From positions 5,440,001 through 5,504,000 of the forward strand of contig OZ242195.1 of the NCBI GenBank assembly GCA_965205975.1: a stretch of DNA of 64,000 bases, read 5' to 3'. Made by a program: the position numbers and the translations under genes. This stretch comes from Candidatus Latescibacterota bacterium (GTDB lineage: Bacteria; Latescibacterota; UBA2968). The notes below the pieces were generated by a model that was given only the letters and a program-made list of their open reading frames with translations, searched no databases and was not told the origin of the DNA. Positions 56,619-64,000 of this stretch are shown piece after piece (position 1 is the stretch's first letter; each line of letters begins with the position of its first letter).

Positions 56619-58241
56619 TCAAAACTCGTCCAGCCGCTTCCGAAGTCTTGCTGTTTCAAGTGTGTTCTCTGATGCGACGGATGAGGGTATCATATTTAAA
56701 ATTTGACGTGCTTTTTTCGGTTGGTTTCTGTCGAGTAACGCCGCCGCATACACCAGGTATGGCTGGGCGGTTTCGGCTTTCATGGGCTGAGAATCAAACT
56801 GCGTAAAAACGCGTTCCGCTGTTGCGAGATCATCCAGCGTTATTAGATAGTCTATGAGTTGGCTTGCCAATGCGCCCGAACCCGGCTGGGCATCAAAGGC
56901 TCTTTTTAAGTGTGAAAGTGCCGCGTCACGCTCGCCTGTTGACCACAGCAACGTACTTTCTCTCAAAGCATGAATAACCTTGTAACGCGGATGAGCAGGC
57001 AGGATAACGCGAAAATACGTCCGCCCTTCATCGTAGTCGAATAGCGGTTCTGGAGACCCATTTTCTGCCATTCGACGGCGAATTTTGGGCAGTCCTGTTC
57101 CCCGGCCTTCGGCCAGTCTCAATTCTTTTAAAAACTCACCTATTCGGCGATTTCGCGCAGGTACAGGAGGTACAACACCATCCCGAACGAGATGATGTGC
57201 CTCAATGCCTTGAAGCGGTCCTGGATAACTGATTATCTCTATGCGATCCGGGTATAGATATATCTTCGTGGGTTCGCGCAGGTTGTCATAAGAACGATGA
57301 TATACGGCGTTGACGACTGCTTCCTCCATCGCTTCGTAGGGATATGTGACCGCGCGATCTACTTCGGCCTCTCGCGGTCGTTTTTTTAGCATAACGTCTG
57401 TGAGTGAATTGAGGTGGTCTAAAGTGAGTTTGATCTGTTCGTTGAGCGGTCCAGTAATTATTCTCTCTTCAATTAAATCGCCTCCCGTATCGTCACCAAA
57501 CTGCACAATCTCGATTCGCGCACCGTCAAAGAAACTATCCGGGGTCTCGTTGAAGAACAGGATGGCTGCGTTGCGCGGCGCGTAGTGGTCATTGAGGCGG
57601 ACGACGATTCGCATCCGCTGATACAGGTCGCTATCTGCGACATTTGTTCCGGTCTGTATCAAATCGCTTCGTACATCCGAAAGAAATCGGCGGACCAGCG
57701 TAGGAGATATGTCCTCGACTTTGGCGATTAGGCTACGCCGGTCGTCGAACGGTATCCGTGCTGTTTGCTCTATGAGCTGAGTGCGTATTTCACCCCTCGC
57801 TTCGACAGTGCTGGAGCCTTGCCGCACGTAGTATTCCCGTTCGCCACTGCGTCCGCGTTTCGGAGCTTGATAGGGCCGATTATCGCCGCCGGGTGCCCAA
57901 ATAATCAGTATCGTCTCACCGTGGTATGTTTCGGGGAATACGAGTGGCTGGTACATGGGATCAATGCGATTACACTGTCCGTATATCTCTCTTTGGATAT
58001 GATCGAGATCGAGATGACCGAGACCACGCGGGGGCAATATGGGGAGGCCCTGTTCATCTGTGTCGATACCCAGGATGACATACCCGCCGTTTAGATTGAG
58101 CAAGTCATTCGCAAATGCACACACGCTCCGAACAACCGATTCCTTTACGGCGTCATTCCAGGTTGCTTTGAACTCTCTGCGGTTGTCTTCAACCGATCTG
58201 GCGTGGATCAGATTATCAATATTGATTGGCACACCTTGCAT
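56619..58241 (-). CDS. Schlafen/AlbA_2 + HATPase_c_4 (RecG C-terminal-like) protein with C-terminal TPR-like helices
   Basis: EDNRREFK, VCAFAN, GGYVILGI; EAVVNAVYHRSY, RNRRIG, EGRGTG; helical repeat tail; probable start MQGVP. Confidence 0.85.
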   Translation of the reverse strand: MQGVPINIDNLIHARSVEDNRREFKATWNDAVKESVVRSVCAFANDLLNLNGGYVILGIDTDEQGLPILPPRGLGHLDLDHIQREIYGQCNRIDPMYQPLVFPETYHGETILIIWAPGGDNRPYQAPKRGRSGEREYYVRQGSSTVEARGEIRTQLIEQTARIPFDDRRSLIAKVEDISPTLVRRFLSDVRSDLIQTGTNVADSDLYQRMRIVVRLNDHYAPRNAAILFFNETPDSFFDGARIEIVQFGDDTGGDLIEERIITGPLNEQIKLTLDHLNSLTDVMLKKRPREAEVDRAVTYPYEAMEEAVVNAVYHRSYDNLREPTKIYLYPDRIEIISYPGPLQGIEAHHLVRDGVVPPVPARNRRIGEFLKELRLAEGRGTGLPKIRRRMAENGSPEPLFDYDEGRTYFRVILPAHPRYKVIHALRESTLLWSTGERDAALSHLKRAFDAQPGSGALASQLIDYLITLDDLATAERVFTQFDSQPMKAETAQPYLVYAAALLDRNQPKKARQILNMIPSSVASENTLETARLRKRLDEF

Positions 58242-58480
58242 GGAGCCCTTACCCGATCTGTGATACTGCGAGAAGTTTTGTGAAGGCGAACGCTTGTCGT
58301 GAACAAAATATGCGATCACAGCAAAAAGTCAATGGCCTCCTGAATATAATTGGACAATGAGAGGGTCAGTGGCGTATTCGGCATGGCGACTATCGTCTGC
58401 GTTACATTCGGCCAGAAAGTTGTTTTGTACTCGTTTCGTCATCGTAGAGAAGTATATTGACCGTTCAGCGAGAACAAAAG

Positions 58481-58512
58481 AAGCCCTCCTGTGGGAATAG
58501 GAGGGCTTTTCT
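58481..58512 (-). terminator. Intrinsic terminator hairpin after the beta-helix gene
   Basis: AAGCCCTCCT-loop-AGGAGGGCTT flanked by A/T tracts. Confidence 0.75.
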
Positions 58513-58532
58513 ATTTAATATTTCCTTTTTAT

Positions 58533-59729
58533 TTATACAGAGACGACTTGTCGCGCGTCTTCGATCTCGGCGTCGAGATTGCCCGATAGGTCGTTGTTGT
58601 TGAGGTGTATGCGGTCGGCTTTTTCGCCGATGTGAACGCCTATGCGTTGTGTTGCAGTTTCGTCGTTGCCAATGCGATTATTTGTGAAGGTGAGGTCGTG
58701 GGTTTCGCCCAGGATGCGTATGCCATAGCCTTTGTTTTTGTCGCCGTTGTCGAGGATCTGATTGTTCTCAAAGGTGTTGCGGTGTCCGCCCATGGGTTCG
58801 GATTCGTTGCGGAAGAGTATGCCTTCACAGCCGTTGCGCAATGATCGGTTGTTGGAAAACACATTGTCGGTGTCTTTGTGACCAATGGAGATGCCCGTGT
58901 CGCCGTTGCCGATGAGGGCGTTGTTTTCAAAGATGCCGTGTTTTACGCGCCAGCACAGGAAGAGACCAATGCGCCCGTTGTTTTCCGAGCGGCAGTTGCG
59001 GATCACAGGATGCTGGCTGCCGCTGCCCGGGTGCAGGCCCAGGTGGGTGTTGTCCGTGCAGGTGCAGTTTTCAACTGTGACGTGCTGGCTCTGCTGGAAG
59101 CTGATGCCGTCGCCGTGATAATTTTTGATCGCGCAGTTTTGCAGAACGGTATAGTGCCCGCGGTAGAGGAATATGCCGGCACCGCGGCAACCGTTGAGGT
59201 GCGGATTGTTTTCGCGGTTGCCATCTACAGTCAGATTTTCGATCCGGGCATTTTCGATGTGGTAGCCGCTGATGACCGGGAAGGTGGTTGCAGCGCGCGC
59301 ATTGCGAGAGACGAGGTAGTCGCCTCCCATGGGTACATTGACGCCAAAGGTGTTGTCCTTTTGCCAGAGGATGGTGCCGACGGCGGTGTGAAATCCACCG
59401 CCCTGATCATCCGTGATGCTGACGCCATAGCCCACTTTGAATCCATCGGGATTTTCAAGGGTGATTTGTTCTTCGCCAAAATCTCCGTCGAGGAGAAGCG
59501 AGGTCTCAACGCCATCTGACTTCCGCAATGTGGTATTTTCTCCCTGTCCTCTGACTGTGATATTGCTGCGAAGATGGAGCGCGTCGCGCATGATGTACGT
59601 GCCGGATAGGATTTCAACCGTGCCTCCGCCGAGTGTGGCGATGTAATCGACAGCAGCTTGCAACGCGCGATTGTCATTGCCGATAATGTCGGCGTTTTTT
59701 TGTCCGACGGTGATGTGTAAGCCAGTCAT
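58533..59729 (-). CDS. Right-handed parallel beta-helix (pectin-lyase-fold) protein
   Basis: ALQAAVD...GGGTV; repeated I.NC...N...GI units. Confidence 0.85.
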   Translation of the reverse strand: MTGLHITVGQKNADIIGNDNRALQAAVDYIATLGGGTVEILSGTYIMRDALHLRSNITVRGQGENTTLRKSDGVETSLLLDGDFGEEQITLENPDGFKVGYGVSITDDQGGGFHTAVGTILWQKDNTFGVNVPMGGDYLVSRNARAATTFPVISGYHIENARIENLTVDGNRENNPHLNGCRGAGIFLYRGHYTVLQNCAIKNYHGDGISFQQSQHVTVENCTCTDNTHLGLHPGSGSQHPVIRNCRSENNGRIGLFLCWRVKHGIFENNALIGNGDTGISIGHKDTDNVFSNNRSLRNGCEGILFRNESEPMGGHRNTFENNQILDNGDKNKGYGIRILGETHDLTFTNNRIGNDETATQRIGVHIGEKADRIHLNNNDLSGNLDAEIEDARQVVSV

Positions 59730-59744
59730 GAGAATCTCCGTGGA

Positions 59745-60788
59745 TTAATCGATGCGAATTTCTCGTCCGGTTTCGCCGCTTTCGAGCACGGCTTCCATCA
59801 TTTGTTGCACTTGATATCCGTGGCGCAGGGGTGCTTCGCAGGTTTTACCGTCGAGGATGCAGTCTATAAAGTGGCCCGCAATGCGGTCCCATGCCTGGGT
59901 TGCAAGTGGAATATCTACGGCGATATCGTGTGGGACGCCGTCCTGTGTTTTGTAGATTTTGAGCGGACGGAATTGCGCGCCTGCTTCGTCGCCAAAGAGT
60001 TCGATCTGGAGTTCGTTGGGCTGGTGCGATGCCCAGAAGCTTTCGACCTGGAGACCCGCGCCGTTTTCAAAGCGGATGAATCCGCCGGCATAGTCGTCTG
60101 CGGCGTATTGTTCGTAGGTGCTGCGCGGGACTTGTCTAAAGCCCCAGTAGCCGCGTCCTCGCGGCCCAAATTTTGCGCCGCACACGCCTGTGACGGTGAC
60201 GGGTTTGGGCATGCCGAGTAAGTACCACACGGCGTCGAGGACGTGGACGCCCATGTCGCGGAATGCGCCGCCGCCTTTTTGGATGAATCCGAGGTTCCAC
60301 GCAGGGATGCCGCTTCGGCGCACGCTGCGGGCGCGGGCGTAGTACAGGTCCCCAAAATAGCCTTCGCGTGCGAGGTTGCCCAGGTACTGGCACTGGTCGG
60401 AAAATCGGGTGGAGAGCGACATCATGTTGACGACGCCAGATGCTTCGGCGGCTTCGACGAGTTTTTGTGCTGCCTGCTCAGAGTCCGAGAGCGGTTTGGT
60501 GACCATGACGTGTTTGTCGTTTTTGACGGCTTCGAGTGCGACGGGCACATGCCACTGGTTTGGGGTGCCTACAAATACCGCGTCAATGTCGGGGGCTTTG
60601 CACATTTCTTTGTAATCGGTGTAGAATTTTTGTTCGCCGGGCAGTTCGCTGGCAAATTCTTCCATTCTTTCGGGTATGAGGTCGCATAGTGCGACGACTT
60701 CGCCGCGATCATTTTTCGCAAGGGCGCGGCCATTGGGTTTTCCAATGCCCATACCGACGACGCATACGCGGACTTTTTTTTCTGGCAT
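59745..60788 (-). CDS. Gfo/Idh/MocA family oxidoreductase
   Basis: VVGMGIG; KHVMVTKP; GGGAFRDMGVH. Confidence 0.92.
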   Translation of the reverse strand: MPEKKVRVCVVGMGIGKPNGRALAKNDRGEVVALCDLIPERMEEFASELPGEQKFYTDYKEMCKAPDIDAVFVGTPNQWHVPVALEAVKNDKHVMVTKPLSDSEQAAQKLVEAAEASGVVNMMSLSTRFSDQCQYLGNLAREGYFGDLYYARARSVRRSGIPAWNLGFIQKGGGAFRDMGVHVLDAVWYLLGMPKPVTVTGVCGAKFGPRGRGYWGFRQVPRSTYEQYAADDYAGGFIRFENGAGLQVESFWASHQPNELQIELFGDEAGAQFRPLKIYKTQDGVPHDIAVDIPLATQAWDRIAGHFIDCILDGKTCEAPLRHGYQVQQMMEAVLESGETGREIRID

Positions 60789-60888
60789 GATGCACTCCTG
60801 TTGTTAAATTGGGTTGATTTTAAAAATGCGCCCTGTATTATGCGAACAAAGCGGGAGAATTACCAACAAAATTTTAGAGAAGAGGGAG

Positions 60889-60956
60889 CGAATAGACGAA
60901 TAGACGAATAGACGAATAGACGAATAGACGAATAGACGAATAGACGAATAGACGAA
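60889..60956. repeat. Perfect 8-bp tandem repeat (CGAATAGA)x8.5
   Basis: Read directly from the sequence. Confidence 0.97.
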
Positions 60957-61020
60957 CCCCGCTCAACCACCCAAAGCATGTGCTGACATGATGTAAGTCA
61001 GTATCGTTACAAACTCCGTC

Positions 61021-61045
61021 GTTGATTCGTTGATTCGTTGATTCG
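61021..61045. repeat. 8-bp tandem repeat (GTTGATTC)x3, imperfect inverted partner of the 60889 array
   Basis: Reverse-complement unit CGAATCAA versus CGAATAGA. Confidence 0.9.
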
Positions 61046-61070
61046 CGCTTTTTTTGAAAGGATATGTGTT

Positions 61071-62195
61071 ATGCTCACTCTGGAAGGTTGTCGTAGCAGG
61101 CAGCAGCGATTTCGCGCGCGTCTCTCCGAGGAGGGGATTGACGCGGTTATTATTTCAGATTATCGGGATATCTATTATTTGACCGGCGCGCTCTTGGGGG
61201 CATATCCCTCATTTTCTTTTCCCGCGCTTCTGTATTTGGAGACCGAGGGGGGATCGTGGCTGGCGTCAACGACTGACGAAGGGGATATGGCTGTGGATGA
61301 GCGCGTGGTTTACGATTCGCATGTGCTTTATACGATGAATCCCGATCCGATGCGCTTGCTGAATGCGGCGGTGGCGCAAAAGCTCCGCGATTGTCGGGGT
61401 GTTTCTCGTTTGGGCTGGCAGCAGGAAGGCACCCCCAGGTTGCTCGCCGATACGGTGGCCGATGCTCTGGGTGGCGAATGGGTGGGGATAGACGATTTGT
61501 TGATTGCACAGCAGATGAGTAAGGATGCCGATGAAGTTGCGATGTTGCAAAAGGCGATTGATATTAATCTGCGGGCTTATGACCGCGTGCAAGAGGTGAT
61601 TGCGCCAGGTGTAAATGAGCTGGATGTGCTCGCGGCGGGGCAACAAGTGGCGCTGCATGCGGCAGGTGAGGTGCTGCACCACGGGGGGGATTATCAATGC
61701 GGGCAGTTGGGTGGGCCTGCCAGAGACCGGATTATTGAAGATGGGGAGTTGTATGTTATCGACGCGCAGACAGAATATCACGGGTACTGGTCCGATTTGT
61801 GCCGCACCTTTGCCGTAGGCGATCCCACAGATTTGCAGGCGTCGGTGTACGATCTTTTGAAAGCTATTTTAGAGGATGTTCCCAATCTGGTAAGACCCGG
61901 TGGACGGGGAACTGCGCTGTGGCACGCGATTGATGAGAGAATCCGAGAGCATCCCCATTTGTCCGATATTGGGCTGATTCATCACGCGGGGCACGGCGTG
62001 GGGATTCGCGCGCACGAACCGCCCGATTTGAACCGGGACCGAGAGGGTATTTTTGAGGTGGGTACGGTTTTTTCCTGTGAACCGGGTGCGTATAGCGAGG
62101 CATTGAATGGGGGTATCCGTTTGGAGAATACGTTTTTGGTGACGGAAGACGGGGTGCAGAATCTGACGGATTATCCGTTGGTTTTGAAGCGGTGA
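61071..62195 (+). CDS. M24 family Xaa-Pro amino/dipeptidase
   Basis: Creatinase N-domain; IDAQ, YWSDLCRT, HHAGHGVG..HE, EPG, GIRLEN. Confidence 0.92.
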   Translation: MLTLEGCRSRQQRFRARLSEEGIDAVIISDYRDIYYLTGALLGAYPSFSFPALLYLETEGGSWLASTTDEGDMAVDERVVYDSHVLYTMNPDPMRLLNAAVAQKLRDCRGVSRLGWQQEGTPRLLADTVADALGGEWVGIDDLLIAQQMSKDADEVAMLQKAIDINLRAYDRVQEVIAPGVNELDVLAAGQQVALHAAGEVLHHGGDYQCGQLGGPARDRIIEDGELYVIDAQTEYHGYWSDLCRTFAVGDPTDLQASVYDLLKAILEDVPNLVRPGGRGTALWHAIDERIREHPHLSDIGLIHHAGHGVGIRAHEPPDLNRDREGIFEVGTVFSCEPGAYSEALNGGIRLENTFLVTEDGVQNLTDYPLVLKR

Positions 62196-62196
62196 T

Positions 62197-62230
62197 GTAT
62201 CCGCAGATGAGCGCAGATAGACGCAGATAA
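62197..62230. repeat. 10-bp-period repeat (CGCAGAT core)x3 just after the peptidase stop
   Basis: ccgcagatga gcgcagatag acgcagataa; 14 bp shared with 24029-24042 (reverse complement). Confidence 0.8.
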
Positions 62231-62252
62231 TTGTAGAAATGTGAAGTGAGAT

Positions 62253-62276
62253 GTAGGGGCGAGGCATGCCTCGCCC
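62253..62276 (+). repeat. GTAG-type REP palindrome
   Basis: GTAG followed by the perfect palindrome GGGCGAGGCATGCCTCGCCC. Confidence 0.7.
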
Positions 62277-62291
62277 GTTTGAAACCCGATC

Positions 62292-63281
62292 CTACAGCGC
62301 GACCACCTGACCCGTGTCCGCGGCTTCGCGTGAACGCAGGCACAGGCGCGTGACTTTTATGGCTTCGTCGGGACCGATGATGTGGGGTGCTTTGCCCGTG
62401 CGTTCACCGTGGAGGTTGACGAGGAAATTCTCTTCGGGTGGCAGGGACAGGTCGCGTGGTGCTTCGTCCGAGCGAATCAGATGCGTGCGGTCGTCGATGA
62501 CTTCGATGACGCCTTCTGATCCGGCGATTCGGAGGCGGTCGTCGCCGTGGGTGGGTGCTGTTGAGGGACGCAAATAATCGAGGTTGATCATTGCCGTGCC
62601 GCCATTGCTCAGGCGGAAGAGCATGCCGCCGTGGTCTTCACAGCCGGGATAGTCGGGATGGGCGAGGTTGCCGTGAAGGGCGGCGACTTGTGTGTATTCA
62701 CGTCCGGTTGTCCAGCGCGTGTAATCGACGGCGTGGATTGCGACCCAGGGGATTGTGCCGCCGTAAGTTTCTCGCTTTTTGAAAAAGTCTGGGCGCGTGC
62801 CAAAGTGATAGGATTTTTGCGCGGTTGCCAGAATGGGTTCGCCGATGAGGCCGTTCTGAACTGCCTGGTGTGCAGCGCGGAATGCGGGGGATAGTCGCAG
62901 GCCAAACATGGCGGTGAGGCGAATTCCGCTGTTTTTGACCGCTGTTTCAAGGGCGTCGAGATCTTTCAGGGTGGTTGCAACGGGTTTTTCACTGACGATG
63001 TCGATTCCCCGGTTTGCCGCGGCTATTGAGGCTTCGGCGTTGAGGGAATACGGACGACAGATGCTGACGAGATCGATTTCTTCGGTGTCGAGCATGTGGC
63101 GATAGTCGTCATACAGGCGGGTGTGTGCGGTGAATGCGGTGTGCGCTTTGACTTTGGCGAGGGTGTCGTCGGGATGCCCTTTGGCACAGGCGATGAGTTG
63201 TGCGTCGGGGATGTGTGCGATGCCGTCGAGTACCATGTTCTGATGTCCATCGCTGCCGATTTGTGCGATTTTGAGTGGCAT
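62292..63281 (-). CDS. Gfo/Idh/MocA family oxidoreductase
   Basis: IVSEKP; YGGTIPWVAIHAVD; start MPLKIA. Confidence 0.9.
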   Translation of the reverse strand: MPLKIAQIGSDGHQNMVLDGIAHIPDAQLIACAKGHPDDTLAKVKAHTAFTAHTRLYDDYRHMLDTEEIDLVSICRPYSLNAEASIAAANRGIDIVSEKPVATTLKDLDALETAVKNSGIRLTAMFGLRLSPAFRAAHQAVQNGLIGEPILATAQKSYHFGTRPDFFKKRETYGGTIPWVAIHAVDYTRWTTGREYTQVAALHGNLAHPDYPGCEDHGGMLFRLSNGGTAMINLDYLRPSTAPTHGDDRLRIAGSEGVIEVIDDRTHLIRSDEAPRDLSLPPEENFLVNLHGERTGKAPHIIGPDEAIKVTRLCLRSREAADTGQVVAL

Positions 63282-63397
63282 TTTATTCCCTTCTATCAGA
63301 TATTTAGATGAAAAGTGATTCAGGGGAAAATAAGTCACGAACAGGAAAAATGAACAGAGGAAAATGGATAGGGTCTATTCACTAAATGGAGGAATAA

Positions 63398-64000
63398 ATG
63401 CTTTCGCAAAAGTATTCGGAAGATGTGTTAAAAGATATTTTGATTTCGCGGGATGACTGGCGGCCTTTTCCCACGTCGTTGACGCGCTATGCCTGGGATG
63501 CGTTGCCAGAGCGCGTTCGGCAGGCGCAAATTGCGCGGGGGAAGAACGCCTGAATTTTGACTGGCCGGGCGTGCCTGCGGTGCGGTTTTTGGATTATGCG
63601 CGCAATGGGAATCGCTCGCGATACGAGAGCCTGAGTTTTGGGCGGCGCACGGCGCTGTCCGATCTGGTTGTGGCAGAGTGTGTAGAGGGTAAAGGCCGAT
63701 TTTTGGATGATATTACCAATGGTATCTGGTGTATTTGCGAGGAGTCTTTTTGGGGTGTGCCCGCGCATATTGGCGTGCAAAAGGCGGGTAGTGGTCTGCC
63801 GGATACGGCTGAGCCGATTGTCGATTTGTTTGCCGCAGAGACGTCGGAATTGCTGGCGTGGACGGTGTATTTGCTGGGCGCGCAACTCGACGCGGTTTCG
63901 CCTTTGATTGTGCCGCGTATTGCGCGTGAGATGCAATATCGCATTTTGACGCCTTTGTTGGAGCGCGAGGATTTTGGCTGGATGGGATATTCGGGTGCGC
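63398..64000 (+). pseudogene. Heparinase II/III-family-like gene, frameshifted at a G5 run (63537-63541), partial at the right edge
   Basis: GGAGG RBS; first frame MLSQ...WRPFP...AWDALP stops at 63551-63553; the -1 frame continues EERLNFDWP...GNRSRYE...EGKGRFLDDI.NG.W.ICEESFWGVPAH...VDLFAAET to the edge. Confidence 0.7.

Noticed and set aside
60889..61045. Possible CRISPR array
   Set aside because: Units are 8-bp head-to-tail repeats with no spacers, and there are no cas genes in the window
63551..63553. TGA as selenocysteine or read-through
   Set aside because: The family-like sequence continues in a different frame, not in frame after the TGA
1..64000. Prophage, integrase, IS, rRNA or tRNA
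   Set aside because: No recognisable motifs or cloverleaf seen by eye; a tRNAscan-SE/Infernal run would be needed to exclude small RNAs

Overview
64 kb of bacterial chromosome with moderate GC and dense coding. Gene content and order (yggS-yggT-divIVA-mtnP-DksA/TraR-lspA-rluD; tilS-ftsH-folP; TlpA plus DUF6029-like barrel; several sulfatases, PhyH dioxygenases and Gfo/Idh/MocA oxidoreductases) suggest a diderm FCB-group organism such as Latescibacterota or a relative; this is inference. Housekeeping blocks alternate with accessory modules: (1) a partner-switching signalling island (STAS, REC-PP2C, RsbW-like kinase, orphan periplasmic binding protein, TorS-like histidine kinase, Amt) that runs into the 3' end of rluD; (2) an ABC-type ATPase plus small PD-(D/E)xK-like gene pair, a candidate defence system; (3) a PspA/YbjN/DUF4178/lipoprotein/DUF350/spermidine-synthase system split into two convergent halves and interrupted by a DUF5678-like/retropepsin cassette, a 25-codon gene relic and a terminator; (4) a stand-alone Schlafen/AlbA_2-HATPase-TPR gene; (5) a lipoprotein serpin, a B12 radical SAM enzyme and an RND efflux system; (6) several families of short intergenic repeats, including inverted 8-mer arms, a 21-bp exact inverted pair 11 kb apart and GTAG-type REP hairpins; (7) a frameshifted heparinase II/III-like gene at the right edge. 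I saw no rRNA, tRNA, CRISPR array, integrase or transposase. All family calls come from motif recognition by eye, not database searches.
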